From positions 256,001 to 320,000 of the forward strand of contig JAXGPA010000002.1 of NCBI GenBank assembly GCA_040767195.1: a DNA stretch of 64,000 bases. Direction: 5' to 3'. This stretch comes from Syntrophales bacterium. GTDB taxonomy: Bacteria; Desulfobacterota; Syntrophia; Syntrophales; UBA6807. Shown piece by piece: positions 37,242-48,524 of the stretch; within the stretch, counting starts at the first letter, position 1, and every line of letters begins with the position of its first letter. The notes under the pieces were generated by a model. The model saw only the letters and a program-made list of their open reading frames with translations, searched no databases and was not told the DNA's origin. The translations under genes and the position numbers were made by a program.

Positions 37242-38012
37242 TTAAAAGCAAAGAACATCCCCGTCCCGAAGAAGGCGGATCGTTCTTTTGGAGGCCAGGG
37301 GGTCGATTTCCCCGGCGATGGTCTCATAGTACTGAGGCTTCAGGTGATACAGGAAAATATCCGGTGAGGCGGATCCCAGTTTTCGCAGCTCCCTCTCCAG
37401 GGAAAAGGGGGTCAGATGGCCGGCCAGGTCGGCCACGGACTGCATTTCATTTGGAAAGGACGTTTCCAGGAAGAGGGCTTTCAAGTTCTTTGCCTGTTTC
37501 GCGATCCGCCAGATTTCCTCCGTCGGTCCCGTGTCTCCGGCGATAAGAATGGACACGTCCCCCGACTCCAGGAGATACGCCACGGTTTCCACCGTGTGGT
37601 TCACCGGTATGGCCGTCACCGAAAGATCCTTCATCGGCAAGCGCGTTCCCGGTTCAAGGGTCTGAAAACGGATTGTCGGGTTATCCAGGGAGGGTATCAC
37701 GGAAAAGTCGGGCCATATGACGTTATTGAAAAGATTGGCGTGGAGAAGGTCAAGAATTCCCTGGGGAGCGAGAACCCTGAGAGAGGTTTCTTTCCTCAGG
37801 CAGATGTTGTCGGCGAGAAAGAGAAGATCCTTAACATGATCCAGGTGGGCGTGACTGATCAGAACGGCTTCGAGCTTCAACTGCTCCTGGAGACTCAGGA
37901 CCGACGTGACCGTTCCCGCGTCGATGAGAATCGACTCATCGAGAAGGAAAGCCGTGGTGTTGTAGCCGGGAAAAAGGGACCCGTGGCACCCGAGAACGCG
38001 AATTTTCATCAT
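37242..38012 (-). CDS. Metallo-beta-lactamase-fold 3',5'-cyclic nucleotide phosphodiesterase (class II-like)
   Basis: VLGCHG, IDAG, SHAHLDH, FNN.IWPDF, GDTGPT, E.SFPN, HLTP. Confidence 0.78.
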   Translation of the reverse strand: MMKIRVLGCHGSLFPGYNTTAFLLDESILIDAGTVTSVLSLQEQLKLEAVLISHAHLDHVKDLLFLADNICLRKETSLRVLAPQGILDLLHANLFNNVIWPDFSVIPSLDNPTIRFQTLEPGTRLPMKDLSVTAIPVNHTVETVAYLLESGDVSILIAGDTGPTEEIWRIAKQAKNLKALFLETSFPNEMQSVADLAGHLTPFSLERELRKLGSASPDIFLYHLKPQYYETIAGEIDPLASKRTIRLLRDGDVLCF

Positions 38013-38110
38013 AGGAGACTTTGTCCCTGTCAAAATACGGCCGCGGCCCTTTTTCCCGTTTCGGGCGCCCCCCGTCCCCGGCGAGGCGTTTCGGGGGGCG
38101 TGGGAAAAAT

Positions 38111-38371
38111 TTATTCGGGAAGCACTTTGAAAACTTCATCTCCGGGACGGACCCGATCGGAGACCTTGATGCCGATGTAATCTCCTTCCACGGCTTTTTC
38201 GACAGGGGCGTTGTTGACTTCCATGGATAGAATCTTCTCTTCCAGGTCCGTGGTGTGACCGGTGATTTTTATCGTGTCACCCACATTCAACTCCCCTGTG
38301 GTCACCTTGACGGCAGCGACACTGGGTTTGGCAAAAAATTTGACGACTTCTCCGATTTTCTCCTCGCTCAT
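38111..38371 (-). CDS. Small stand-alone EF-Tu domain II-like beta-barrel protein
   Basis: IG.V..FF....VAA......L.VGD.I.I.G.TT and G..IGIKV..RVRPGD.V patterns; GGAGG RBS. Confidence 0.7.
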   Translation of the reverse strand: MSEEKIGEVVKFFAKPSVAAVKVTTGELNVGDTIKITGHTTDLEEKILSMEVNNAPVEKAVEGDYIGIKVSDRVRPGDEVFKVLPE

Positions 38372-38401
38372 GGTCATTCCTCCCGTTATGAGTTTTTGCC
38401 C

Positions 38402-38442
38402 TTAACGTTGGAATATTAGCCATCTTCAACGTTAAAAATCAA
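38402..38442 (-). promoter_or_regulatory. Putative promoter overlapped by an inverted-repeat operator
   Basis: ttaacgttg-16 nt-caacgttaa perfect IR; TTGATT-18 nt-TAATAT on the minus strand. Confidence 0.45.
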
Positions 38443-38446
38443 GAAT

Positions 38447-38478
38447 AAAAAAGGCAGGGGGCGCGGCCTCCTGCCTTT
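38447..38478 (-). terminator. Intrinsic terminator closing the ribosomal superoperon
   Basis: aggcaggagg/ccccctgcct hairpin followed by a T run downstream of rplQ. Confidence 0.7.
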
Positions 38479-38503
38479 CCCATGCCTCCTGGCAAGAAAA
38501 ACA

Positions 38504-38899
38504 TCACGATTGCGCTTTTTTCTTCGCCGTTTCCCGGCCATCCTCCGCAGGAATCAATTGTATCATGGACAGGGCCGCGTTGTCTCCCTCCCGGTAGCCC
38601 AGCTTGACAATACGGGTATAACCACCCTGGCGGTTTTCGTATCGTTTCGCCAGATCGTCGAAAAGCTTTTTCGCCGTCGTCCTGTCCCTGATGACTGTCA
38701 TCGCCTGACGCACGGCGTGCAGGTTGCCCTTCTTGCCGATGGTGATCATTTTCTCCGCCAGGCGCCGGAGTTCCTTGGCCTTGGCGTCTGTCGTGACGAT
38801 CTTCTCATACTTAAAAAGGGAGGTGACCATGTTTCTGAACATGGCTTTCCGGTGGCTTGCCGTTCTCCCGAGCTTTTTAACAGCCTTTCGATGGCGCAT
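38504..38899 (-). CDS. rplQ: 50S ribosomal protein L17
   Basis: MRHRK..KKLGR..SHRKAM, GGYTRI.K. Confidence 0.97.
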   Translation of the reverse strand: MRHRKAVKKLGRTASHRKAMFRNMVTSLFKYEKIVTTDAKAKELRRLAEKMITIGKKGNLHAVRQAMTVIRDRTTAKKLFDDLAKRYENRQGGYTRIVKLGYREGDNAALSMIQLIPAEDGRETAKKKAQS

Positions 38900-38934
38900 G
38901 GATCAAATTCCTTTCCTCGATCTTCGCGAGTTGA

Positions 38935-39972
38935 CTATTCCTCATCCTCCTCCTGGGGAGTCTCGATTTCCCCGGGTTCCTGCCGGTACCCCTGGTGGGG
39001 CGGAAAGACGACCTTCATGCCCAGGCCCAAACCCATTTCCTGGAGGATTTCCTTGATTTCGTTCAGGGATTTGCGGCCGAAGTTTTTTGTCTTGAGCATC
39101 TCCGCTTCCGTTTTCTGAACAAGTTCTCCGATGCAGTGAATGCCGGCATTTTTCAGGCAGTTCGCCGAGCGGACGGAAAGCTCGAGTTCGTCCACCGTCT
39201 TGTAAAGATTCTCGTTGAAGCCCGGCGGAAGTTCCGGTTCAGCGATGATCACTTCCTCCTTGACTTCCTGCTCTTCGAAGTTGATGAAAATGTCGATCTG
39301 CTCCTTGAGAATCCGCGCGGCGAAGGCAACGGCGTCTTCCGGACGGATACTCCCGTCCGTCCACACCTCGAGGGTCAGCTTGTCATAATCGGTGATCTGC
39401 CCCACCCGGGCGTATGAAATGGTGTACGTCACCTTCCGGATGGGGGAGAAAACGGCGTCGATATTGATGGTCCCTTCCGGCTGTTCGGGGTCCCGCTCCC
39501 TCTTGGCGGCGACGTAACCCTTGCCCATCTCGATGCGCATCTCCGCCTTCAGGGTTCCGTTCCCGGAAAGCGTGGCGATGGGGTGTTCGGGGTTCAGAAC
39601 CTCCACCGTGCCATCGGTCTTGATGTCCGATGCCGTGACAACCCCCTCGCGGCTCACGTTCAGATGAACCACCCGGGGATCTTCCTGGTGGACCTTGAAA
39701 CGCACGCCCTTGAGATTCAAGATGATATCCGTCACGTCCTCCTTGACGCCGGGAATGGTCGTGAACTCGTGGAGAACCCCGTCGAATTTCACCGACGTGA
39801 TGGCGGCCCCGTAGATGGAGGACAGGAGAACCCGGCGAAGCGCATTCCCCAAGGTGATTCCGAAGCCTTTTTCCAGCGGCTGGACGATGAATTCCCCATA
39901 AGTGAGGGTGTGCGACTTTTCGTCGATTTCGATACGCTTCGGTCTGATAAGACTGCGCCAGTTTTTTTGCAT
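38935..39972 (-). CDS. rpoA: RNA polymerase alpha subunit
   Basis: [44 protein letters not shown]. Confidence 0.98.
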   Translation of the reverse strand: MQKNWRSLIRPKRIEIDEKSHTLTYGEFIVQPLEKGFGITLGNALRRVLLSSIYGAAITSVKFDGVLHEFTTIPGVKEDVTDIILNLKGVRFKVHQEDPRVVHLNVSREGVVTASDIKTDGTVEVLNPEHPIATLSGNGTLKAEMRIEMGKGYVAAKRERDPEQPEGTINIDAVFSPIRKVTYTISYARVGQITDYDKLTLEVWTDGSIRPEDAVAFAARILKEQIDIFINFEEQEVKEEVIIAEPELPPGFNENLYKTVDELELSVRSANCLKNAGIHCIGELVQKTEAEMLKTKNFGRKSLNEIKEILQEMGLGLGMKVVFPPHQGYRQEPGEIETPQEEDEE

Positions 39973-39999
39973 GTGTTCCTTTCCCCGCTGTCAGAAAAT

Positions 40000-40626
40000 T
40001 TATTTCGAGTAAAGCTCCACGACCAACTGCTCCTGGATGGGCATGGTCAACTCTTCTCGGGTGGGGAATCTCTTGAATGCACCGGCAAAGGCTTCCTGAT
40101 TCATTTCAAGCCAATCGGGGACGCCACGGCGCGCCACGGTTGACACTGCCTCGGCGATTCGGGTGATGGTCCGGCTTTTTTCCTTGACCTGGATCTGGTC
40201 GCCCACATCGACCAGGAAGGACGGAATGTTCACTTTTTTACCGTTCACGAGAAAGTGATTGTGCCGGACGAGCTGGCGCGCCTCGTTCCTCGAGTTGGCG
40301 AACCCGAGACGGTAGACCACGTTGTCCAGCCTCCTTTCAAGGAAAAGAAGCAGGTTGGTTCCCGTAATGCCCTTTTGCTTGTCCGCTTTCTCGAAGTAGC
40401 CGCGAAACTGCCGCTCGAGAATTCCGTACATTCTTTTGAGCTTCTGTTTTTCCCTGAGCTGTACGCTGTAGTCCGTCTGTTTTCTTCTCGACTGGCCGTG
40501 CATACCCGGCGCATAGGCCCTTCTTTCAAAAGCGCACCGGTCGCTGTAGCAGCGGTCTCCCTTCAGAAACAGCTTCAATCCCTCTGCGCGACATAACCTG
40601 CAAACGGATCCTCGATATTTAGCCAA
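40000..40626 (-). CDS. rpsD: 30S ribosomal protein S4 (Zn-motif type)
   Basis: [38 protein letters not shown]. Confidence 0.97.
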   Translation of the reverse strand: MAKYRGSVCRLCRAEGLKLFLKGDRCYSDRCAFERRAYAPGMHGQSRRKQTDYSVQLREKQKLKRMYGILERQFRGYFEKADKQKGITGTNLLLFLERRLDNVVYRLGFANSRNEARQLVRHNHFLVNGKKVNIPSFLVDVGDQIQVKEKSRTITRIAEAVSTVARRGVPDWLEMNQEAFAGAFKRFPTREELTMPIQEQLVVELYSK

Positions 40627-40662
40627 TGGACGCCTCCATTTCCATGAATTTTCTAAAGGCGG

Positions 40663-41052
40663 CTACACGCGCCTCCGCTTGGGCGGACGGCAGCCATTGT
40701 GGGGGATGGGTGTGACATCCCGAATGAGCGTTATGGTCAACCCCGCCGTCTGGAGGGCCCTGAGGGCCGACTCCCGGCCGGAACCAGGCCCCTTGACAAA
40801 AACCTGAACGGTCTTCACGCCATGCTCTTTTGCCTTTTTCACGGCATCCTCGGCGGCGAGCTGGGCCGCGAAGGGCGTGCCCTTCCTGGACCCCTTGAAC
40901 CCCTGCCCCCCGGACGACGCCCAGGAAATGACGTTGCCGCTGACATCGGTTATCGTCACGATGGTGTTGTTGAAAGTTGACTGAATATGGGCAACACCTT
41001 CGGATATGTTTTTACGCTCTTTCTTCTTTCCGCCTCTTCTCGGTCTCGCCAT
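40663..41052 (-). CDS. rpsK: 30S ribosomal protein S11
   Basis: [31 protein letters not shown]. Confidence 0.98.
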   Translation of the reverse strand: MARPRRGGKKKERKNISEGVAHIQSTFNNTIVTITDVSGNVISWASSGGQGFKGSRKGTPFAAQLAAEDAVKKAKEHGVKTVQVFVKGPGSGRESALRALQTAGLTITLIRDVTPIPHNGCRPPKRRRV

Positions 41053-41065
41053 GGTTCCTCCGCAC

Positions 41066-41434
41066 CTATTTCTTCCTTCCGCCGATGGCTCTTCGCGGGC
41101 CTTTCCTTGTCCGGGAATTCGTGTGAGTCCTCTGACCCCTCACCGGCAGACCCTTTCGATGCCGGAGACCGCGATACGTCCCGACATCCATGAGCCGCTT
41201 GATGGACAGGGAGATTTCCCGCCTCAAGTCGCCTTCCACCTTGTGATCCTTGTCGATGACGCTTCTCAGGGCCGATACCTGCTCATCCTTGAGATCATCG
41301 GTCTTCGTATCCAGATCGATTCCGACCGCCTGAAGAATTTGCCGCGACTTGGTTTTGCCAATCCCGTAAATGTACGTCAGCGCAATTTCCATGCGCTTGT
41401 TTTTCGGCAGGTCAACTCCCGCAATTCTTGCCAC
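41066..41434 (-). CDS. rpsM: 30S ribosomal protein S13
   Basis: [32 protein letters not shown]. Confidence 0.98.
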   Translation of the reverse strand: MARIAGVDLPKNKRMEIALTYIYGIGKTKSRQILQAVGIDLDTKTDDLKDEQVSALRSVIDKDHKVEGDLRREISLSIKRLMDVGTYRGLRHRKGLPVRGQRTHTNSRTRKGPRRAIGGRKK

Positions 41435-41451
41435 CGCGAAACCTCCTTGCT

Positions 41452-41565
41452 TTATCCTTGCCGCTGCTTATGCTTGGGATTCTCGCAGATCACCCGAAGC
41501 ACGCCGTGGCGCTTGATGATTTTACACTTGTCGCATATTTTCTTGACCGATGAACGAACCTTCAT
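41452..41565 (-). CDS. rpmJ: 50S ribosomal protein L36 (absent from the ORF track)
   Basis: Translated by hand: [37 protein letters not shown]. Confidence 0.95.
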   Translation of the reverse strand: MKVRSSVKKICDKCKIIKRHGVLRVICENPKHKQRQG

Positions 41566-41632
41566 GTCGATCCCTTCCTTCCTTCAAACGCGTGATTCAG
41601 CTGAAGTCTCCTGCCGCTTTTTACACCCGCAT

Positions 41633-41851
41633 TCACTTTGCCCGGTAGATAATCCTCCCCCGGGTCAGGTCATAAGGGGACAGTTCCACCGTCACGGTGT
41701 CACCGGGCAGTATTTTAATGAAATGCATTCTCATTTTTCCCGATATGTGGGCAAGGACCCTGTGGCCGTTGTCAAGCTCCACGCGAAACATGGCGTTGGG
41801 AAGGGGTTCGATGACCTTTCCCTCCACAACGATGGCCTCTTCTTTCGCCAT
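41633..41851 (-). CDS. infA: Translation initiation factor IF-1
   Basis: [28 protein letters not shown]. Confidence 0.97.
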   Translation of the reverse strand: MAKEEAIVVEGKVIEPLPNAMFRVELDNGHRVLAHISGKMRMHFIKILPGDTVTVELSPYDLTRGRIIYRAK

Positions 41852-41895
41852 AAAGATGACCTCTTCGTCTGCCCCGGTCGGCCCGGAGACAGCGT

Positions 41896-42645
41896 CTACC
41901 CGACGGTGCTCAGTATTTCCGGCCCGTTGTCACGGATGGCCACGGTGTGCTCGAAGTGAGCGGACAGCTTCCCGTCTTTCGTGACCACCGTCCAGCCGTC
42001 ACCGGTAACGGTTACATCGAAGGTCCCTTCGTTCACCATGGGCTCGATGGCGAACACCATGCCTTCCCGCAGGACGATTCCTCGCCCCCGGGTTCCATAG
42101 TTGGGAATCTGCGGGTCCTCGTGAAGGCCTTTGCCGATGCCGTGTCCGACGAAATCCCGGACCACGGAAAACCCCGCCGCCTCAACGTGTTCCTGTACGG
42201 CCGCCGATATGTCCCCAAGTCGGTTTCCCGGCCGGGCTTCATCAATGCCCTTGTAAAGCGACTCCTCCGTAACCCTGATCAGCTTCTTTCCCCTGTCCGG
42301 GACGTCTCCGACCGGTACGGTTATGGCAGCATCCCCATAGTATCCCTTAAAATAGATACCAAAGTCAAGACTGATGATATCCCCCTCCTGCAATTCACGG
42401 CTCGAGGGAATGCCGTGAACCACCTCTGAGTTCAAAGAGGTGCAGACGGAAGCAGGGTATCCCCTGTAACCTTTAAAGGCCGGCCGGGCTTCGTATTTTT
42501 TCGCCATTTCTTCGGCCAGCCCGTCGATGTCCTTCGTCGTAATTCCCGGTGCGATGATTTCCTCAAGCTTTCGAAGAACTTCCGCGACAATGCGGTTGCT
42601 CTCCCTGATCCTTTCAATTTCTTCCTTCGACTTGAGAATGATCAT
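41896..42645 (-). CDS. map: Methionine aminopeptidase type I
   Basis: VVHGIP, D.G...GYYGD, GHGIG..LHE.P, AIEPM, SAHFEHT. Confidence 0.96.
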   Translation of the reverse strand: MIILKSKEEIERIRESNRIVAEVLRKLEEIIAPGITTKDIDGLAEEMAKKYEARPAFKGYRGYPASVCTSLNSEVVHGIPSSRELQEGDIISLDFGIYFKGYYGDAAITVPVGDVPDRGKKLIRVTEESLYKGIDEARPGNRLGDISAAVQEHVEAAGFSVVRDFVGHGIGKGLHEDPQIPNYGTRGRGIVLREGMVFAIEPMVNEGTFDVTVTGDGWTVVTKDGKLSAHFEHTVAIRDNGPEILSTVG

Positions 42646-42664
42646 GGTCCCGGTGACGGAGGCT

Positions 42665-43972
42665 TCAGCGTCTCTTGAGCATCCTCCCTTTTTTCAGGAA
42701 TCCCTCGTATTGACGGGTGAGAAGATGGGTTTCAATCTGCCCCGCCGTGTCAATGGCCACGCCCACGACAATGAGAAGCGCCGTGCCGCCGAAGAAAAAA
42801 GGCACATTGAATTTTGCGATGAGGATGCTCGGCAGGACACACACGGCGGACACATAAAGGGCTCCGCTGAAGGTCAGCCGGGTCAGAATCCGGTCGATGT
42901 ACTCAGCCGTCTTTCGGCCCGGCCGAATACCCGGCACGTATCCTCCGTATTTCTTCATGTTGTCGGCAACGTCCACGGGATTGAACTGGACGGCCGTGTA
43001 AAAATAACAGAAAAAAATGATGAAGGCCACATACAGGAGTTCGTAAACAAACCGGCCCGGCATGAGATACTCCGCCGCCGACTTCATCCAGGGGTGGGGC
43101 ACGAAGTTCGCTATGGTCGCCGGGAACATGATGATGGAAGAGGCGAAAATGGGCGGAATGACGCCCGCCGTATTCACCTTCAGGGGCAGGTGGGTCGTCT
43201 GGCCTCCGTAGAGCTTACGTCCCACCACCCGTTTCGCGTATTGCACGGGAATTCTCCGCTGGCCGCTTTCAACGAAGACGATGAACCCGACCACGGCAAT
43301 CATGAAAGCGACGAGAAAAACGGCGAAAAATATGCCCATTTCCCCGGTAGACACGAGACGGAGCGTGTTGTAAACCGCGCTCGGTCCCCGGCAGACGATG
43401 CCGGCGAAAATGATGAGAGAGATCCCGTTTCCGATACCCTTGTCGGTGATCTGCTCTCCGAGCCACATGATGAATGCGGTCCCCGCCGTCAGGGTGATGA
43501 CTGTCATGAGACGAAAGGACCAGCCGGGATCGATGACGATGGAGGCGCCCGTGGGTCCCGCCATGTTCTCGAGCCCGACGGCGATCCCGAACCCCTGGAT
43601 GAGGCTCAAAAGAACCGTACCGTACCGGGTGTACTGCGTAATTTTCCTTCGCCCCGCGTCGCCCTCTTTCTTGAGGTTCTCCAGGTGGGGGACGACCACC
43701 GTCAAGAGTTGGAGGATGATGGACGCGCTGATGTAAGGCATGATGCCCAGCGCGAACACCGACAGGTTGCTCAGGGCCCCGCCGGCGAACATGTCGAAAA
43801 GCCCCAGAAGAGACCCTCTGGCCTGGTCGAAAAACGCCGCCAGGGCCGCCGTGTCGATCCCCGGCGTGGGGACGTGGGCGCCGATGCGGTAGATGAGCAG
43901 GAAAAGAAGGGTATAAAGAATCCTCTTCTGAAGTTCGGGAACCTTGGATATGTTGCGAAATCCGCCGATCAC
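42665..43972 (-). CDS. secY: Preprotein translocase SecY
   Basis: LGIMPYISASII, WLGEQIT..GIGNGISL.IF, PGIRPG..T, GGT.LLIVV. Confidence 0.98.
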   Translation of the reverse strand: MIGGFRNISKVPELQKRILYTLLFLLIYRIGAHVPTPGIDTAALAAFFDQARGSLLGLFDMFAGGALSNLSVFALGIMPYISASIILQLLTVVVPHLENLKKEGDAGRRKITQYTRYGTVLLSLIQGFGIAVGLENMAGPTGASIVIDPGWSFRLMTVITLTAGTAFIMWLGEQITDKGIGNGISLIIFAGIVCRGPSAVYNTLRLVSTGEMGIFFAVFLVAFMIAVVGFIVFVESGQRRIPVQYAKRVVGRKLYGGQTTHLPLKVNTAGVIPPIFASSIIMFPATIANFVPHPWMKSAAEYLMPGRFVYELLYVAFIIFFCYFYTAVQFNPVDVADNMKKYGGYVPGIRPGRKTAEYIDRILTRLTFSGALYVSAVCVLPSILIAKFNVPFFFGGTALLIVVGVAIDTAGQIETHLLTRQYEGFLKKGRMLKRR

Positions 43973-43973
43973 G

Positions 43974-44414
43974 TCAGATTACCTCGACCGTCCCGCCCGA
44001 TGCCTCGATTTTTTCGATCGCCGACCGGCTGGCCTTGTGGACCCGCACTGTCAGGGGATAGCCGATTTCCCCGCGACCGAGAAGCTTGATCCCGTCCCCC
44101 GGATTCTTGACGATTCCTCTTTTCAGAAGCGTCGCCGGATCAATGACGGTCCCTTCCGGGAACACTTTCAGCCGATCGATGTTCACGGCGGTATAGACCT
44201 TGCGAAAGGGGTTCCGGAAACCGCGCTTGGGAAGCCGCCTGGAAAGGGGCATCTGTCCGCCTTCAAAGCCCGGCTTCATCGATCCCCCGGAACGCGCTTT
44301 CTGCCCCTTGTGGCCCTTGCAGGAAGTGCCGCCATGTCCCGACCCTTCTCCCCGGCCCACTCTTTTCCTCTTTTTGCGAGAGCCTTCAGGCGCCTGCAGG
44401 CTGCTTAACTTCAT
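43974..44414 (-). CDS. rplO: 50S ribosomal protein L15
   Basis: [25 protein letters not shown]. Confidence 0.97.
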   Translation of the reverse strand: MKLSSLQAPEGSRKKRKRVGRGEGSGHGGTSCKGHKGQKARSGGSMKPGFEGGQMPLSRRLPKRGFRNPFRKVYTAVNIDRLKVFPEGTVIDPATLLKRGIVKNPGDGIKLLGRGEIGYPLTVRVHKASRSAIEKIEASGGTVEVI

Positions 44415-44426
44415 GATTCCCGCACC

Positions 44427-44618
44427 TCACTCTTCCGAAACGGAAACCAGGTGTATGACCTTGTTGATCATGCCCCGGACCTCTTTCGAGTCTTCCAGCA
44501 ACACCGTTTTATTGAGCCGCGTCAGGCCGAGCCCGGCGAGAACCCGCCTTTGTTTCTCCGGCCTGCCGATGACACTTCGAACCTGTTTTATTTTCAACTG
44601 TTTTGCCACGTCCGTCAT
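44427..44618 (-). CDS. rpmD: 50S ribosomal protein L30
   Basis: RS.IG, LGL..L, RGMI.KV.HLV; position in the spc operon. Confidence 0.93.
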   Translation of the reverse strand: MTDVAKQLKIKQVRSVIGRPEKQRRVLAGLGLTRLNKTVLLEDSKEVRGMINKVIHLVSVSEE

Positions 44619-44632
44619 CCTTCCCCCGCCGG

Positions 44633-45127
44633 CTACGCTTCCGCTGTGTCTCTGACCCGCAGCGTCTTTGACTCGTCGGCGCTTTTCAACTGCTTCAGAC
44701 CTTCGATGGTCGCCTTGACCAGGTTATGGGGGTTGTGGGAGCCGAGGCACTTGGTCAGGATATTCTGAACGCCCGCCACTTCGAGGACGGCGCGAACGGC
44801 TCCGCCGGCAATGAGGCCAGTCCCCTCGGAAGCCGGCTTCAAAAGAACTTTGCCCGCACCGAAATGGCCCACCACTTCGTGAGGAATCGTTCGATCGGCG
44901 ATGGCCACCCGGACCATGTTTTTCTTCGCTTTTTCCATGCCCTTTCGAATGGCTTCGGGAACTTCGTGGGCTTTCCCCAGCCCCGTCCCCACGGAACCGT
45001 TACCATCACCGACAACCACGATGGCGCTGAAGCGGAAACGCCTTCCGCCCTTCACGACCTTGGCCGTTCTCTTGATGGTGATGACCTTGTCCAAGTATTC
45101 TCGCTCTTCCATATTCCCTGTCCGCAT
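44633..45127 (-). CDS. rpsE: 30S ribosomal protein S5
   Basis: [27 protein letters not shown]. Confidence 0.97.
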   Translation of the reverse strand: MRTGNMEEREYLDKVITIKRTAKVVKGGRRFRFSAIVVVGDGNGSVGTGLGKAHEVPEAIRKGMEKAKKNMVRVAIADRTIPHEVVGHFGAGKVLLKPASEGTGLIAGGAVRAVLEVAGVQNILTKCLGSHNPHNLVKATIEGLKQLKSADESKTLRVRDTAEA

Positions 45128-45148
45128 CCCGCTTAGATGTCTGCTTTT

Positions 45149-45514
45149 TTAAAACCGAAGCCCGGCTTCGCGGGCCCCCTCCGCCAGGGCCTTGACGCGG
45201 CCGTGATAGAGAAAGGCGCCCCGGTCGAAAACGACGGCCTCAATGCCGCGGGAAAGAAGCTTCTGTGCGATGAGCTTTCCCACTTCCTTGGCCGCCGCGG
45301 CCTTTTTCAGCCCGCCGAGATTCCCTTGAAGTTCCTTGCTCAAGGTGGAGGCCGCCGCGATGGTCCGGCCCTTTTCATCCACCACGGCCTGGGCGTAAAT
45401 ATGCCTGGCACTTCTGAACACGGACAGCCGGGGCCTTTCCTCCGTACCGGTGAATTTTCCCCGCACCCGCTTTACCCGTTTCTCTCTGACCTTATGCAAT
45501 CGTTTCAGCGACAC
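45149..45514 (-). CDS. rplR: 50S ribosomal protein L18
   Basis: [18 protein letters not shown]...YHGRV. Confidence 0.97.
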   Translation of the reverse strand: MSLKRLHKVREKRVKRVRGKFTGTEERPRLSVFRSARHIYAQAVVDEKGRTIAAASTLSKELQGNLGGLKKAAAAKEVGKLIAQKLLSRGIEAVVFDRGAFLYHGRVKALAEGAREAGLRF

Positions 45515-45548
45515 AGGTCTTTACCCCTTCATTTCTTATTCCGCTTGT

Positions 45549-46088
45549 CTACTTGCCGGCAGACTTTCCGACTTTTTTCCGCACCGTCTCCCCGGCATAA
45601 CGAATTCCCTTTCCCTTGTAAGGTTCGGGTTTCTTGTGCTTCCGGATTTCCGCGGCCACGCGGCCCACGAATTCCTTGTCGATCCCCGAGACAATCATGC
45701 TGGTCTGCTTTTCCACCCGCACGGATACACCGGAAGGCACCTGGTAAACCATGGGCGCCGAATATCCGAGAAACATTTTCAGGGAATTCTGATCAAGTTC
45801 GGCCCGGTAGCCGACACCGACGATGTCCAGCGTTTTTTCGAAGCCCTTCTCGACCCCGGTCACCATGTTGGCGATAAGCGTTCGCGTCAGTCCATGAAGG
45901 GACCGGTCTTTCCGGTTATCCGTCCGCCGCCGGACGACAACCTCGCTCTTGGAAATGTCGATGTCCAGCTCTTCCGGTACGGACCGGCTCAATGTTCCCT
46001 TGGGCCCCTTGACGGTAACCTCCCGCCCTGCCATCCTGACCTCGACCCCCGAAGGAACCGGGATGGGTTTTTTTCCTATTCGCGACAT
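45549..46088 (-). CDS. rplF: 50S ribosomal protein L6
   Basis: MSRIGK.PI, GVGYRA, PEPYKGKGIRY. Confidence 0.97.
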   Translation of the reverse strand: MSRIGKKPIPVPSGVEVRMAGREVTVKGPKGTLSRSVPEELDIDISKSEVVVRRRTDNRKDRSLHGLTRTLIANMVTGVEKGFEKTLDIVGVGYRAELDQNSLKMFLGYSAPMVYQVPSGVSVRVEKQTSMIVSGIDKEFVGRVAAEIRKHKKPEPYKGKGIRYAGETVRKKVGKSAGK

Positions 46089-46130
46089 GAGAATTTCTCC
46101 CCTTTTATCCGTTCTCCCAGAGCGCTCCCG

Positions 46131-46535
46131 CTACCAGACGCTGCAGAGGATTTCACCGCCCACGTTAAGAGAACGGGCTTCTTCATCCGTCATGACCCCC
46201 CGCGAGGTGGAGAGGATGGCCGAGCCGAATCCGTTCAGCACCTTGGGAATCCGGTCACTTTTCACGTAGAGCCTTCTGCCGGGCTTGCTCACCCGCTGAA
46301 TGTCCGTCAAGACCCTCTCCCTTCCGTCCACATACCGAAGATAGATCCGGAGATGGGCGATCTTCCTGTCACCGCCCCGCTTGACCTCAAATCCGTTGAT
46401 ATATTTCATTTTCTTTAGATTTTTCGCAATTTCCAGGTTGATCCTGGAAAAGTTGACTTCCACGCTCTTGAATTTCCGGTGGTTCGCATTGCGAATTCTT
46501 GTCAGCATGTCAGCGATAGGATCGGTCATTCCCAT
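46131..46535 (-). CDS. rpsH: 30S ribosomal protein S8
   Basis: DPIADMLTRIRNA, RVSKPG.R.Y, STSRG, GGE. Confidence 0.97.
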   Translation of the reverse strand: MGMTDPIADMLTRIRNANHRKFKSVEVNFSRINLEIAKNLKKMKYINGFEVKRGGDRKIAHLRIYLRYVDGRERVLTDIQRVSKPGRRLYVKSDRIPKVLNGFGSAILSTSRGVMTDEEARSLNVGGEILCSVW

Positions 46536-46547
46536 GGCGGTTCTCCT

Positions 46548-46733
46548 TTACCAGCTCGCCTTGATGACGCCGGGGATCTCCCCCTGAAGGGCAAGCTTTC
46601 TCAGACAAAGTCTGCACATGTCGAACTTTCGATAATAGGCCCTGGGCCTTCCGCACAGGGGGCAGCGGTTGTATTCCCTGACCGAGAATTTTTGCGGCCT
46701 TTTCGCTTTTGCCATCAGTGATTTCTTTGCCAC
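46548..46733 (-). CDS. rpsN: 30S ribosomal protein S14 (short Zn-binding type)
   Basis: 61 aa from GTG 46733; RCPLCGR, CRLC, IPGV.KASW. Confidence 0.95.
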   Translation of the reverse strand: MAKKSLMAKAKRPQKFSVREYNRCPLCGRPRAYYRKFDMCRLCLRKLALQGEIPGVIKASW

Positions 46734-46760
46734 GCCTTTTCCTCCGGCACTCAACAGTTT

Positions 46761-47300
46761 CTAATTTCGAAAGGGAACGCCGAACAGTTTCAGCAGCTCC
46801 CTGGCCTCGTCGTCCGTCCCGGCCGTCGTCACAATGGTGATGTTCATTCCCCTGACCGCGTCGATCTTGTCGTAATCGATCTCGGGAAAGATGAACTGTT
46901 CCTTGATCCCCATGGAAAAATTCCCCCTCCCGTCGAAAGACCGGGGGGAGATGCCTCGAAAATCACGAATGCGGGGAATCGCCGCGTTGACGAGCCGGTC
47001 GAGGAACTCGTACATGCGATCGCTTCGAAGGGTCACCACGCAGCCGATGGACATGCCCTTCCGGAGCTTGAAGGTGGCGATGGATTTCTTCGCCTTGGTG
47101 ACGACCGGCTTCTGACCCACGATCATGGACAGATCCTTGGAAGCCGTCTCCAGAGACTTGATGTTCTGAATGGCCTCTCCCAGACCCATGTTGACCGTTA
47201 TCTTTTCGATCCTGGGAACTTCCATGATGTTCCGGTATCCGAACTTTTCCCGGAGAGCAGGAATCACGTCCTTTTTATAAAATTCTTTCAGTCTCGCCAT
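46761..47300 (-). CDS. rplE: 50S ribosomal protein L5
   Basis: [28 protein letters not shown]; start at ATG 47300. Confidence 0.97.
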   Translation of the reverse strand: MARLKEFYKKDVIPALREKFGYRNIMEVPRIEKITVNMGLGEAIQNIKSLETASKDLSMIVGQKPVVTKAKKSIATFKLRKGMSIGCVVTLRSDRMYEFLDRLVNAAIPRIRDFRGISPRSFDGRGNFSMGIKEQFIFPEIDYDKIDAVRGMNITIVTTAGTDDEARELLKLFGVPFRN

Positions 47301-47319
47301 TGCTATTATCCCCGGTATT

Positions 47320-47631
47320 TTAAGAATCCATGGTCTCGTTGCATTTCTTGCAGAACCGGACCTTTTCGCCGTCTTCCAGAACCTTGAAACCCGTCCGGGC
47401 GCCGGAATTGCATTTGCTGCAGAAAAGCGTAACGTTGGAGAGGTGGATGGACCCTTCCTTCTCAACGATCCCGCCCTTCCCCTTGGCGTCAGGCCTCTGG
47501 TGCTTCTTGATGAGGTTCAGCTTTTCAACGACAACGCGGTTCTTTTTTTTCAGGATGTTCAGAACTTTTCCGGTTTTTCCCTTCTCCTTGCCCGTCAAGA
47601 CCTGAACAATGTCGCCTTTCTTGATTCCCAT
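47320..47631 (-). CDS. rplX: 50S ribosomal protein L24
   Basis: IKKGD.V.V..GK.KGK.G KOW motif, GGI..KE..IH.SNV. Confidence 0.96.
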   Translation of the reverse strand: MGIKKGDIVQVLTGKEKGKTGKVLNILKKKNRVVVEKLNLIKKHQRPDAKGKGGIVEKEGSIHLSNVTLFCSKCNSGARTGFKVLEDGEKVRFCKKCNETMDS

Positions 47632-47650
47632 GACGTACCTCTTCGCTTCC

Positions 47651-48019
47651 TCAAATGACTTCCGGTGCCAGGGACACGATCTTCATGAACTGTCTCGCCC
47701 GGAGTTCCCTGGCGACGGGGCCGAATATCCGTGTGCCTATGGGCTCCATCTGCTCGGTGATCAGGACCGCCGCGTTCTCGTCGAACTTGAGGTAGGAACC
47801 GTCTTCCCGGCCAACTTCCTTCTTCGTTCTCACGACGACCGCCTTCAGGACGTCGCCCTTTTTCACTTTCGCGTGCGGGATCGCTTCCTTGACGGAAACG
47901 ACGATCACATCGCCCACCGTGGCGTACCGCCGCCGCGTTCCACCAAGAACCCGGATGCAGAATACCCGTTTCGCCCCGGAGTTGTCCGCTACATTGAGCA
48001 TGGTCTGCGTCTGTATCAT
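47651..48019 (-). CDS. rplN: 50S ribosomal protein L14
   Basis: [26 protein letters not shown]. Confidence 0.98.
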   Translation of the reverse strand: MIQTQTMLNVADNSGAKRVFCIRVLGGTRRRYATVGDVIVVSVKEAIPHAKVKKGDVLKAVVVRTKKEVGREDGSYLKFDENAAVLITEQMEPIGTRIFGPVARELRARQFMKIVSLAPEVI

Positions 48020-48068
48020 TGGTCAGTCACCCCGTACAGGAGATCGGGAGGATACCCTGCCATCCCTG

Positions 48069-48326
48069 TTACTTTGCCCTCTCAAGAATTTCCCGAACCC
48101 GCCATCTCTTTTCGCGACTGAGCGGCCGCGATTCGACAATGAGCACACGATCGCCCACGTGGCAGGCGTTATCCTCGTCGTGGGCCTTGTATTTCTTCTG
48201 GAGTCTCACGTACTTCTGAAATACCCGGTGTTTCACCAGCCGTTCGGTCCGAACGACCACCGTCTTGTCCATCTTGTCGCTGATGACGACTCCCTGAATG
48301 GTTCTCTTGCTTCCCCGCTGATCCAT
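48069..48326 (-). CDS. rpsQ: 30S ribosomal protein S17
   Basis: [24 protein letters not shown]. Confidence 0.97.
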   Translation of the reverse strand: MDQRGSKRTIQGVVISDKMDKTVVVRTERLVKHRVFQKYVRLQKKYKAHDEDNACHVGDRVLIVESRPLSREKRWRVREILERAK

Positions 48327-48329
48327 GGC

Positions 48330-48524
48330 TTACTCCTTATCCTTCCTCTCCCCGAGAACCGTTTTCACACGGGCGATATCCTTGCGGATATTGTTCAACG
48401 CGGCGGGAGAATCGAGTTTCGAAACGCCATGCCTCAGCCGGAGCTTGAAGAGTTCTTCCCGCAGCGACTCTTCCTTACCCTTCAGTTCGTCGAGACTCAG
48501 GTCCCGTATCTCGCTAATCTTCAT
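48330..48524 (-). CDS. rpmC: 50S ribosomal protein L29
   Basis: [14 protein letters not shown]; start at ATG 48524. Confidence 0.94.
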   Translation of the reverse strand: MKISEIRDLSLDELKGKEESLREELFKLRLRHGVSKLDSPAALNNIRKDIARVKTVLGERKDKE

